From Macrostomum lignano (Eukaryota), in NCBI GenBank assembly GCA_002269645.1, contig NIVC01000085.1, positions 992,001-1,056,000 on the forward strand: a stretch of 64,000 nt of DNA. The letters are read 5' to 3'. Under the pieces are notes generated by a model that did not search any database, had not been told where the DNA came from, and saw only the letters and a program-made list of their open reading frames with translations. Below are positions 9,861-22,727 of the stretch, piece after piece; the stretch's first letter is position 1; every line of letters begins with the position of its first letter. Both the position numbers and the translations under genes were made by a program.

Positions 9861-9914
9861 CGCCGGGATGCTGCCGCTGCTGACGGCCCGATGGCTGCTG
9901 AGTTTTTGGCCCAT
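9861..9914 (-). CDS. Ankyrin-cGLR gene, putative coding exon 1 (MGQKLSSHRAVSSGSIPA)
   Basis: ATG at 9914. A 62-nt GT-AG intron (9860-9799, phase 0) puts it in the ankyrin frame. The ORF-track start at 9987 is a GTG inside a polypyrimidine tract. Confidence 0.55.
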
Positions 9915-10204
9915 TGTGCGGCTGCCGTGTCAAAGAGCGGTCCAAGACTTCAGAGAGGGAGAAAGAGGCGAGTGAAAAAGTGGACACAGAGCAAGAGCGG
10001 AGGGAGGAAGAGAGCGAGGGAGAGGGGAAGAAAGTAGCAGGTAGTGAGATGAGTAGGAATAAAGAGGGGATTAAGGTAGAGAGTTGGTTTGACTGCTCTA
10101 CCTTTAATCCTGCTGGAGAAAGGGGGAAGAAGAGGAGGTGGCTTTGCTCCTTTTAATTTTTGAAACGAATTTATAAAAATATATGTGAACCCTACCAATG
10201 ATCC

Positions 10205-10570
10205 TTGGCTGCTGTCAGAGTGGCAGATGTGAGTCACGGCTGCTGTCAGAGTGGCAGATGTCAGTCCCGGCTGCTTTCAGAGTGGCAGATGTCAGTCACG
10301 GCTGCTGTCAGAGTGGCAGATGTCAGTCACGGCTGCTGTCAGAGTGGCAGATGTCAGTCACGGCTGCTGTCAGAGTGGCAGATGTCAGTCACGGCTGCTA
10401 TCAGAGTTGCAGATGTCAGTCACGGCTGCTGTCAGAGTGGCAGATGTCAGTCACGGCTGCTGTCAGAGTGGCAGATGTCAGTCACGGCTGTCAGAGTGGA
10501 AGATGTCAGTCACGGCTGCTGTCAGAGTGGCAGATGTCAGTCACGGCTGCTGTCAGAGTGGCAGATGTTT
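10205..10570. repeat. 31-bp minisatellite, ~12 copies
   Basis: Unit GTCACGGCTGCTGTCAGAGTGGCAGATGTCA. Confidence 0.95.
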
Positions 10571-11462
10571 CAAAGGTTTGTGCAGCCGGTTGCCAGAAAG
10601 ATTTTACCGCCTCATCTCTCAGCTGCCCTTCCTTTTGCAGCCTCTGGCGAGGCCGACCACCCCCGGCCTGAGCAGCCGAAAATTCTCTCCCGAGCATGAG
10701 CGCTGAGTCCGCCGCCTTCGCCTCTGTGCACCCAGCATGGCAACGGAGAGGCTGCGGCTGCAGCGGCCACCCCAAGCTGTACTTGATGAGGCTGAGCTGA
10801 CCCATTGTGCCTCAGTGCAGTGTGAGATCTTTAAATGCATTTAATGGCCCACTGAGCGGTGCAAAATACTGCTCAGTGCCGCAGTGCATCGGTTTGAGGA
10901 GGCGGTCAAATGTACAGAAAATGCATTGTTAAACTTGGTCAGTTTTCTCTCTCACTCTGCACTCTGGCCTTCTTAACTGCAGCTGTTGCAGAGCATCGGT
11001 AACATAGCAACAGGGCTCTGGCTCTCTGCCGTCTTTCCTATGCTTTCACTGTCCATCTAGTGCGCAGCTCAGGCAGTTGAGAGTCTGCTGGGTTGAGTTT
11101 GGCGAGTGCATTTAGCAGCAATAATTGACATTCCTTTGCTTTTCTACAGAAGCCTCTCATCAGTGCCGCTGCTTCTGTTTCATTTTTTAAGCAGTTGGCA
11201 ACTGGCCCATTGGCAGGACTTGGCTTGCAATTGGGCAAGCAGAAACTTGCAGTGACGATTGGATTAATTGAAAATCGAATAAATTATTAATCTATAAATT
11301 TTTATTCATATTTGCCAGGTAGCGCAGTCCCTATGAACAGCATTCAGTGAACGATCAATGAAGAATCAATGAACAGTCTTTGTTGAAGTCTTGGGCCACT
11401 AAGCCATTGGGACCCGTCAGTGTAAGGAACTCTATCGTATCTTCCTGGTAATCCGGGTAGGG

Positions 11463-11770
11463 TACAGTCAGCATTCCTACAGTCAGCATCCCTACAGTCA
11501 GCATCCCTACAGTCAGCATCCCTACAGTCAGCATCCCTACAGTCAGCATCCCTACAGTCACCATCCCTACAGTCACCATCCCTACAGTCACCATCCCTAC
11601 AGTCACCATCCCTACAGTCACCATCCCTACAGTCACCATCCCTACAGTCACCATCCCTACAGTCACCATCCCTACAGTCACCATCCCTACAGTCAGCATC
11701 CCTACAGTCACCATCCCTACAGTCACCATCCCTACAGTCACCATCCCTACAGTCACCATCCCTACAGTCA
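11463..11770. repeat. 15-bp minisatellite, ~20 copies
   Basis: Unit CCTACAGTCA(C/G)CATC. Confidence 0.95.
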
Positions 11771-11844
11771 AAAAAAGTCTTTTCGGCACACTGAAGATTT
11801 CTGACTGTTTAAGTGCACTGCACCTGCACAGGGGATTGTGGTAG

Positions 11845-12047
11845 GGGTGCCCGGCAAGAGACAGGGGCACCGGGCATGAGACAGGGGTGCCCGGCAAGAG
11901 ACAGGGGTGCCAGGCAAGAGACAGGGGTGCCAGGCAAGAGACAGGGGTGCCAGGCAAGAGACAGGGGTGCCAGGCAAGAGACAGGGGTGCCAGGCAAGAG
12001 ACAGGGGTGCCCGGCAAGAGACAGAGGTGCCCGGCAAGAGACAGAGG
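11845..12047. repeat. 20-bp minisatellite, ~10 copies
   Basis: Unit GGCAAGAGACAGGGGTGCC(A/C). Confidence 0.93.
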
Positions 12048-12807
12048 GCGCTCCCAGTCGGATCAGTTGAATTGCAATTTAATTTGAGCGAACAGGGACA
12101 GAGCAGCGCCTGAGGCAAAATTGAAAGCACTAAAAATGCGCTCGCAGTCTCCAACCTTCATCTGGAACAGACTCACTCAGCTCAGCACTCGCAGTGCGAT
12201 AGTCTGGCGTGATAAAAGCCGCCAAGATACAACTTCTCGCGTTCATTATCACCCCATACTGGCCTCTCGAACCACCCGAACCCCCCCCCCCCTCCTGTAA
12301 CCCGTGTCTCAGACAATAAACAATCTAGAATACAGCTCCATCAAGCTCACTTACTCAAAACAGACTGAGCACAGCACTGCTGGTTGCCCCCGGCAACCGC
12401 AAAGCTTAGGCAGAGCTCGGCTTTAAACGGCAGGGAGGCTGGCAGAGCGGTTGGTGTGCTGGGCTGAGAATAGCGAGCGAGCAGAGATAATTGCTGCTTG
12501 AGTTTGAGCTGGCCTCTCTAACGACCCGCTCCCTACGGCTCAAGACTGCATTATTCTATGATAAATAAGCAATTGCTATCAACAATTGTTAGCAGGAATG
12601 CAAAATGCAGTGCATTGCTGCGGCAGAGAGCTGGACAGAACAGAGATGGGCTGCCAGAGCTCGGCTGCACTTTAATAATAAGCAACTGATGAAGCCCGAG
12701 ACTGCAATTGAGAGGCTGAGCAGCTCAGCCGAAACGCGTCTGCTTGCCAAAATATGCCTGTGCCGAGGCTCGATTCCATGCAATTGGACTGAGGCGGTTC
12801 TCAATCA

Positions 12808-13776
<969 letters not shown>

Positions 13777-14439
13777 TCATCAACAAGGACCAGAAACATG
13801 GCATATTTAGTAGCCGCACAGACACAATATGAGCATAGAAAAATATGCATCACCTTGGAACAACAAGAGAAGCGTGAGGGCTCATAATCGGGCTTCAGTG
13901 TGACAAGATGTCGCACTAGACAGCTACAGGATTCGCAAAAAGAAACAATGAAAATGCACCTAACCCAAGGGTATGTCGCACTGATCGTGCCGTCCCAGAA
14001 AGACAGCAAGCAGAAAAATTTATCATTATTGAGAAATATCATTTGAAAATTGGCTTTGAACTCGCAGCTATAAATTAATTCCAGAACAAGAGAACTCTTA
14101 AGGAAACAAACCAGCACCATAAATCCACAGAAAATTGGAAAAGACCAACTGCAGAAGTGCATGTACATAAGCTAGCAAAAGAAGAAGTATTTGACCATCT
14201 TGGCAAAGTTGCGCGTTCAGTAAACAATAGAAATAGGAACGTGAGCATTCTCGAAATAAAATTAGCGACATGCTTTGCCTCGCGTCAGGCATCATCCGGG
14301 CTCATAAGGAATCAGAAACGGTTGATAAATTTATTTTTATCTAAATTTTGACGAAGCAGAGGGTCGATACAAGTCGCAATAAAGTACGCTAAATTAGCAG
14401 TCAATGGGCATCGCGCAGTGCTGCAGAGCGCACCGTGCA

Positions 14440-14570
14440 GCAACGAAGAGAGAGAGGGAGAGAGTGGGAGAGAAAGGGAGGGAGAGGGAGAGAGGAAAGA
14501 GAGGGAGAGAGAGGAAGAGAGGGAGAGAGGGGAAGAGAGAGGGAGGGAAAGGGAGAAGGAGAGAGGGCAG
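14440..14570. repeat. GA-rich low-complexity tract
   Basis: Direct reading of the sequence. Confidence 0.8.
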
Positions 14571-14804
14571 AGAGTTTGTGCACACCTACATTAGAATGCT
14601 CTAAGGAGGGCACTGGCACCATGATTGGAAAGTTGCTTATTTTGGATTGATTTTCGGATTTTATGCAAGGACTTCAAGCACCTTTAGTCTGTATTCAGTT
14701 GAGCACTTGTGAATTGTAGAAAAAAGCTTCTTCAATTGTACAAGGGTAGGGTCATTTCATGTGTGTAGGTGATACTCCGGTCACCAGAGAATTGATAATG
14801 GTAC

Positions 14805-15690
14805 ACCTCTAATTAGAGACCCCTTTATCCAGGTAATAAACCTCTAATTAGAGACCCCATTATCCAGGTAATAAATCTCTAATTAGAGACCCCATTATCC
14901 AGGTAATAAATCTCTAATTAGAGCCCCCATTATCCAGGTAATAAACCTCTAATTAGAGCCCCCATTATCCAGGTAATAAACCTCTAATTTGAGACCCAAT
15001 TATCCAGATAATAAATCTCTAATTAGAAATCCCATTATCTAGGTAATAAATCTCTAATTAGAGACCCCATTATCCAGGTAATAAATCTCTAATTAGAAAT
15101 CGTATTATCCAGGTAATAAATTTCTAGTTAGAGACCCCATTATCCAAGTAATAAACCTCTAATTAGAGACCCCATTATCCAGGTAATAAATCTCTAGTTA
15201 GAGACCCCATTATCCAGGTAATAAATCTATAATTAGAGACCCCATTATCCAGGTAATAAATCTATAATTAGAGACCCATTTCCAGGTAATAAATCTATAA
15301 TTAGAGACCCCGTTATCCAGGTAATAAATCTATAATTAGAGACCCCATTATCCAGGTAATAAATCTATAATTAGAGACCCCATTATCCAGGTAATAAATC
15401 TATAATTAGAGACCCCATTATCCAGGTAATAAATCTATAATTAGAGACCCCATTATCCAGGTAATAAATCTATAATTAGAGACCCCGTTATCCAGGTAAT
15501 AAATCTATAATTAGAGACCCCATTATCCAGGTAATAAATCTATAATTAGAGACCCCATTATCCAGGTAATAAATCTATAATTAGAGACTTCATTATCCGG
15601 GTAGTAAATCTCGATTAGGGACTCCATTATTCAGGGTATTAATCTCTAATTAGAGAACCCACTATCCAGGTAATAAACCTCTAATTAGAA
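14805..15690. repeat. 35-bp AT-rich minisatellite, ~25 copies
   Basis: Unit TAATTAGAGACCCCATTATCCAGGTAATAAATCTA. Confidence 0.95.
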
Positions 15691-16099
15691 ATCTCTAATC
15701 TTTATCTCGCAAGCAACTCAGCCCTAAGCAAATATGAATATGAACTCCAGTTCAAAAAGAAGCAATCATGAGAACAAATTGAAGTATTTCACAAATCCTT
15801 CTTACAACTGATGCAGCCAAGTTTCATGTGTATATTTTTTAATTTTAAAACGCCTCACATTTGATGACCGAGATAAGGGATCAAATGAAATTTTCATAAT
15901 TCAATTTTTCCTAAAAAGTTCAAACATCCAAACTAAACAACAGACTTGCATAGCAACAGAAACCCAGGTGCGACGCGTGAGAACAGGACAGGAAAAACAT
16001 TTGGAAAGTGAAAAGCATTGGCTCTGCGGTAGGCATAACTCTTCTTTCCGAATTCAACTGGGTTCGGAGCCAGCCTTCTTCAGTACTTAATCTCTCGGC

Positions 16100-16490
16100 T
16101 TTTCATTCCTTACCTCCCTTCGTTCCTTCCCTCCCTTCATTCCCTTCACATCCCTTCATTCCTTCCCTTCCTTCATTCCTTCCCTCCCTTCATTCCCTTC
16201 ACATCCCTTCATTCCTTCCCTTCCTTCATTCCCTTCCCTCCCTTCATTCCCTTCACATCCCTTCATTCCTTCCCTCCCTTCATTCCCTTCACATCCCTTC
16301 ATTCCTTCCCTTCCTTCATTCCTTCCCTCCCTTCATTCCCTTCACATCCCTTCATTCCTTCCCTCCCTTCATTCCTTCCCTCCCTTCATTCCTTCCCTCC
16401 CTTCATTCCTTCCCATCCTTTCATTCCTATCCATCCCTTCATTCATTCCTTCCCATCCCTTCATTCCTTCCCATCCCTTCATTTCTTCTT
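16100..16490. repeat. CT-rich degenerate tandem repeat
   Basis: CCTTCATTCCTTCCCTC-like units. Confidence 0.88.
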
Positions 16491-17152
16491 TCTTTTCAAA
16501 CCTCTCTAACGCGCCAGAAAAAATAATTTTAGCTGCTACGCCAGACAATGGGCAGCGGGATCACAGTGCAGGTGAATTATTTGTACTAAACAGCTCTGAA
16601 TCGCAAAAGATACTTTACCAATTACACTTCATTCAATGTTTAAGAGTATTATTAAAGAATTGCAAAAAACGGCTGTCATATTGTAAACTGCCTACTACAC
16701 CGATACTAAAGTTTTATAGTAGTAGGGATGGAAATATTTCAAAGGCCAAAAGAGATGCAAAATCCAAATTTAGTGCAATCCGTGCAATGAGCATAGGACT
16801 GCGGGAATGGCAGACCAACAGTTTGCATTTATTGAAGCGATAATATTCCAAAATTTGACACCAATGTGTGCAACTTTTGGATGTGTGATGTTGTTAGTAA
16901 ATGTGATAATAGAAAGTACAGATTGAAATGACTGGAAGGTTGTGCACATACTACAAATTAGAAACAGTATTAGTAGTAATAGCAGGACATTGAATTCTAA
17001 AACCAGTCTATAAAAAGCATTTCATTTTTTATACAATAGAAACCTTTAAATGGCCGATATCTGGGCAGAATTTAGAGGCAAAAATTCACCAACTTTAATT
17101 TTGTGTTAAAGTGGAATTCTTAAACTTGCAAAGAAGGAACTGTTGCAGAAAT

Positions 17153-17770
17153 AGAGTGACAGTTGGAACGAGAGTGACAAGTAGATAGGGTGAAAAGTAG
17201 ATGGAGAGTGATAAGTAAAGGGAGAGTGACAAGGAGAGGGAGAGTGACAAGTAGTGGAAGAGTGACAAGGAGAGGGAGAGTGACAAGTAGTGGAAGAGTG
17301 ACAAGGAGAGGGAGAGTGACAAGTAGTGGAAGAGTGACAAGTAGAGTAAAAGTGACAAGGAGAGGGAGAGTGACAAGTAGAGGGGGAGTGACAAGTATAG
17401 GGGGAGTGACAAGTAGAGGGAGAGTGGCAAGTAGAGGGAGAGTGACAAGTAGAGGGGGAGTGACAAGTATAGGGGGAGTGACAAGTAGAGGGGGAGTGAC
17501 AAGTAGAGGGGAAGTGACAAGTAGAGGGGGAGTGACAAGTAGAGGGGAAGTGACAAGTAGAGGGGAAGTGACAAGAAGAGGGGGAGTGACAAGTAGAGGG
17601 GGAGTGAAAAGGAGAGGGAGAGTGACAAGGAGGGGGAGAGTGACAAGGAGAGGGAGAGTGAAAAGGAGAGGGAGGGTGACAAGTAGAGGGAGAGTGACAA
17701 GTAGAAGGGTATTGAAAAGTACGAAAGTGAGGGTAGTGCAGGGAGAGTGACAAGCAGGAGTGACAAGCAG
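17153..17770. repeat. 18-bp minisatellite just downstream of the GAS2-like stop codon
   Basis: Unit GAGTGACAAGTAGAGGG(A/G). Confidence 0.92.
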
Positions 17771-17883
17771 AGACCGAGAAGCTCTCTAACCATCACATCC
17801 ATGGCAGACAATCAAGGCAGAGAATCACAGACTCTGTATTGCCATGTCGCAGAACCGCAGGCTCAAACAAATCTCCTAAAATT

Positions 17884-18456
17884 TCATTTCTTAGAAAGCC
17901 GGCTGGAAGAAGCGGCCGGTCGCTGCTGCTGCGGCTGCCTTCGAGTTGTCAGCGGCGACGCCGAAGGAGACGAAACTGGCGACGGCGCCCGGCGGGGCTG
18001 CAGGGAATTCCGTCGGTGAGCGTCGATCGCTGACATCGGCGACTTCTGCTGGAGGGGCGGCTGCTGTCGCTTCTGCTGCTGCTGCGCGGAAGAGGCTTTC
18101 TTCGGCGCCGGCTGGCTTGGGCGAACAAATTTCTCGTCTTTTTTCTGACCGTCTGCTTCCGGGGCTTTGCTGGTAATTGAAGCTGGAGCTGCTGTTGATG
18201 AAGCTGGAGCTGCTGTTGATGAAGCTGGAGCTGCTGTTGATGAAGCTGGAGCTGCTGTTGATGAAGCTGGAGCTGCTGTCTTGTCTTCTGTTTGCTTTTG
18301 CTGTTGCTGGCGGCGATGGCGCTCTTCCTGGTGGTTGATGGGGACCCCGGAGCGGCTGCTGTTGCCTGCCGAGCGGCAGGGGTCATGCTTCATCAGCAGG
18401 TGCTCGAGGGAGTCCCAGCCTCCGCCTACTCGAACCATCACGTGATTGCGCAGTAC
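17884..18456 (-). CDS. GAS2L: GAS2-like (CH+GAR) gene, terminal exon: second half of GAR domain and low-complexity tail
   Basis: Acceptor ccccatag|GTA, phase 0; [28 protein letters not shown] is the GAR-domain signature. Confidence 0.92.
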   Translation of the reverse strand, partial: VLRNHVMVRVGGGWDSLEHLLMKHDPCRSAGNSSRSGVPINHQEERHRRQQQQKQTEDKTAAPASSTAAPASSTAAPASSTAAPASSTAAPASITSKAPEADGQKKDEKFVRPSQPAPKKASSAQQQQKRQQPPLQQKSPMSAIDAHRRNSLQPRRAPSPVSSPSASPLTTRRQPQQQRPAASSSRLSKK

Positions 18457-18467
18457 CTATGGGGTAG

Positions 18468-18908
<441 letters not shown>

Positions 18909-18921
18909 CCAGCCAGCTCAC

Positions 18922-19029
18922 CCTAACAAAGATGAGCATCTGGGCATCTCCAAACAGGTATTTTCCTTCGTCCAGCCGTTTCATCGGGAAGGTCTGCTCG
19001 CAGGTGCACTCGTTGATCAGCTCGCGAAC
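18922..19029 (-). CDS. GAS2L: GAS2-like gene, internal exon: first half of GAR domain
   Basis: cggcag|GTT...AGG|gtgagc, 108 nt, phase 0-0; [36 protein letters not shown]. Confidence 0.92.
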
Positions 19030-19119
19030 CTGCCGGTTGTTTGAGGCAGAAAATTGTTAAATAGTGTAGGCCTATTGAAACCTTCTCTAGTCTCTGGGTG
19101 AGCCCCATAGTATCAAGGT

Positions 19120-20467
19120 CAGCACCATAGTATCTGGGTCGGCACCATAGTATCTGGGTCAGCACCATAGTATCTGGGTCGGCATCAAAGTATTTGGGTC
19201 AGCACTATAATAGCCTGGGTCAGCACAATAATAGCCTGGGTCAGCACCATAATAGCCTGGGTCAGCACCATAATAGCCTGGGTCAGCACCATAATAGCCT
19301 GGGTCAGCACCGTAATAGCCTGGGTCAGCACAATAATAGCCTGGGTCAGCACCATAATAGCCTGGGTCAGCACCATAATAGCCTGGGTCAGCACCATAAT
19401 AGCCTGGGTCAGCACCGTAATAGCCTGGGTCAGCACCATAATAGCCTGGGTCAGCACAATAATAGCCTGGGTCAGCACCATAATAGCCTGGGTCAGCACC
19501 ATAATAGCCTGGGTCAGCACCATAATAGCCTGGGTCAGCACCGTAATAGCCTGGGTCAGCACCATAATAGCCTGGGTCAGCACCAAAATAGCCTGGGTCA
19601 GCACCGTAATAGCCTGGGTCAGCACCATAATATCTGAGTCAGCACCATAATATCTGGGTCAGCACCATAATATCTGGGTCAGCACCATAATATCTGAGTC
19701 AGAATCATAGTATCTGGGTCAGCACCGTAATAGCCTGGGTCAGCACCATAATAGCCTGGGTCAGCACCATAGTATCTGGGTCAGCACCATAATAGCCTGG
19801 GTCGGCACCATAGTATCTGCGTCAGCACCATAATAGCCTGGGTCAGCACCATAGTATCTGGGTCAGCACCATAATAGCCTGGGTCAGCACCATAGTATCT
19901 GGGTCAGCACCATAGTATCTGGGTCGGCACCATAGTATCTGGGTCAGCACCATAGTATCTGGGTCGGCACCATAGTATCTGGGTCAGCACCATAGTATCT
20001 GGGTCAGCACCATAGTATCTGGGTCAGCACCATAATAGCCTGGGTCAGCACCATAGTATCTGGGTCGGCACCATAGTATCTGGGTCGGCACCATAGTATC
20101 TGGGTCAGCACCATAGTATCTGGGTCAGCACCATAGTATCTGGGTCAGCACCATAGTATCTGGGTCAGCACCATAGTATCTGGGTCGGCACCATAGTATC
20201 TGGGTCGGCACCATAGTATCTGGGTCAGCACCATAGTATCTGGGTCAGCACCATAGTATCTGGGTCGGCACCATAGTATCTGGGTCGGCACCATAGTATC
20301 TGGGTCGGCACCATAGTATCTGGGTCGGCACCATAGTATCTGGGTCAGCACCATAGTATCTGGGTCGGCACCATAGTATCTGGGTCGGCACCATAGTATC
20401 TGGGTCGGCACCATAGTATCTGGGTCGGCACCATAGTATCTGGGTCAGCACCATAATAGCCTGGGTC
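19120..20467. repeat. Mixed 21-bp/20-bp minisatellite
   Basis: Units GGGTCAGCACCATAATAGCCT (21 bp) and GGGTC(A/G)GCACCATAGTATCT (20 bp). Confidence 0.95.
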
Positions 20468-20949
20468 AACAGCAAATTGATAGCTGGATAAGGGAGGGAC
20501 ACAGAATAACTCAAACCCATGTGGTATCCTATAAAAATACGAAAGCAATGGGTGACTGTCAATTTGACAATTACCGTAGGTGTATTATCAAAGTACACCC
20601 TGTACCAAAAATCAAGCGCATAAATATTAGGAAAAGTTGGCGGTACCTACACCGAAAAAAACACTGCTTGCTACATTGACATAATTTTTTATACTTTTAT
20701 ACTACTCACCATTTTGTGTCTGGCACGCTGTACAACAGGGTTATGAGCGATCAAAATATTTAATTTTTTTCTTATATTATAAATTAGGACTTTATAACAT
20801 TAACTTCATTTTCTGTTTTCGTAAGGGTTGGTGGGTTAAGATTTTAAATGGTTAAAGAGAGTCAGAGGACGTCTGTCCGAGGATCAGAGGTGTCTGAGGG
20901 TCAGAGGTGTGCGAGTGTCAGGTGTCTGAGGGTCAAAGAGGGTCAGAGG

Positions 20950-21560
20950 GTCATAGGAGGCCAGAGAGTCATAAGAGACCAGAGTTCATAGGAGGCCAGA
21001 GTTCATAGAGGGCCAGAGGTCATAGAGGGCCAGAAATCATAGAGGGCAAGAGGTAAAAAAGGGCCAGAGATCATAGAGGGCCAGAGGTCATAGAGGGCCA
21101 GAGTTCATAGAGGGCCAGAGTTCATAGAGGGCCAGAGTTCATAGAGGGCCAGAGGTCATAGAGAACCAGAGATCATAGAGGGCCAGAGTTCATAGAGGGC
21201 CAGAGGTCATAGAGAACCAGAGATCATAGAGGGCCAGAGGTCATAGAGGGCCAGAGATCATAGAGGGCCAGAGGTCATAAAGGGCCAGAGATCATAGAGG
21301 GCCAGAGGTCATAAAGGGCGAGAGATCATAGAGGGCCAGAGGTCATAGGAGGCCAGAGGTCATAGAGTGCCAGAGGTCATAGAGAACCAGAGGTCATAGA
21401 GGGCCAGAGGTCATAGAGGGCCAGAGGTCATAGAGGGCCAGAGATCATAGAGGGCCAGAGATCATAGAGGGCCAGAGATCATAGAGGGCCAGAGGTCATA
21501 GAGGGCCAGAGATCATAGAGGGCCAGAGATCATAGAGGGCCAGAGTCCTTGAGGGCCAGA
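20950..21560. repeat. 17-bp minisatellite
   Basis: Unit CATAGAGGGCCAGAG(G/A/T)T. Confidence 0.92.
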
Positions 21561-21737
21561 TGTCGTAGAGGGTCATCCAGAGAATTCGAGAGAGTCGCAA
21601 AGAACCTATCTAATAGCAAACTGAACCGAATGAAAGCAAACAAGTAATCTCAAAGTCGGGTCCGACCTCAATCAAAAACCGGAGCCACCCAACAGAATTC
21701 AAATCCAGAAAAACAACGGTGACAGACTCGAACCTAC

Positions 21738-22727
21738 CAGCTCATCCAGCGATTTCAGGTCGCACTGCCATCGGGTGGGTTTTTTACGCTTGAATGCCGG
21801 CAGGGCGGTAGCGGCTGCAGGGGCCTCAGTACCGCGTCTTGAGCTCGATGAGCTCTGCTGCTTGGAAGCTGGCCTTGCCGATGATGAAGCATTCGGCTTA
21901 GCAGCAGAGACTGCCGGGCTGGCAGCTGAGGCCAGGCCAGAGTCGTTGCTGGTGCAGCTGCTGCTGCTGCTGCTGCTGCAGCTCAGCTCCTGCTCATCGA
22001 TCTCGCGCTCGAATCTCACAAGCTCCGGCACTTCAACACCGAACGTGGCGCCAGCTCTCGCCACTTCGAGCAGGCAGAGAATCACGTGACGCGTGTTCTT
22101 CCGATTGGCCAGATCCTCGGTCTCGAACAGCAGACAGTCGGGCAGGCCCAGACTGCGGCACCAGCTGATGAAGTTGGCGATGTTGTCTCTGGCCTGGAAG
22201 GTGCCCGCCTTGGCTTCAAGACGGTAGCGAGGCGCTGATGGTGGCAGCCGCAGGAGTTTCTGGCGTTGCTGCTGCTGGGCCTGCTGGCTGGAGAAGTACT
22301 CCTCGGCTGCCAGCTGCAGCTGACCAGCATGGATGCACAGCAGAGCTCCGTTGGCCAGTTCGTCAAAGAAAGACTCCACAGTGATGTCGCGATCGTAGAG
22401 GAAGTTGAGCCAGTCGGCGAGGTCCTCGGTCATGGCGTACAGGTAATCGTGACGGCTGCGGTACTGTTGAAGCCCGCCGCCGCCGCCGCGACCGAGGCCG
22501 CTGTCACCTGTTGAGGTGGTCGACGAAACTGAAGGCCGCCTGGCAGAGGCGGCAGACGAGGAGTTCATCTCGCCAAGCTGCAGTTGGCTGGACGCGGTGG
22601 CTGCTGCCGCGGTTAGCGTAGCAGTTCGCAGGAGAGTTGTCGATTGATTGGCTGCGCCGCCTGCCGGTGAGGATGACTGCGACTGACGTTCGCCTCGCTC
22701 GCGCAGGGAGAAGCGACGGTGAAGGGA
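21738..22727 (-). CDS. GAS2L: GAS2-like gene, calponin-homology (CH) domain exon
   Basis: YLYAMTEDLADWLNFLY...ELANGALLC...FQARDNIANFISWCRSLGLPDCLLFETEDL...VILCLLEVAR. Donor CTG|gtaggt at 21738, phase 0. In-frame ATG at 22568; the frame stays open upstream past an acceptor ctcccgcag|TCC at 22727. Confidence 0.9.

Noticed and set aside
9238-9987. Stand-alone 249-aa ankyrin gene as given by the ORF track
   Set aside because: It starts at a GTG in a polypyrimidine tract, and its TGA stop overlaps a consensus GTGAGT donor. It fits better as an exon of the larger gene.
10506-10805. ORF MGQLSLIK... as coding first exon of the cGLR gene
   Set aside because: Its apparent donor (GCG|gtaaaa) is phase 0, while the 9947 acceptor would need phase 1 for the ankyrin frame. 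At most a UTR exon.
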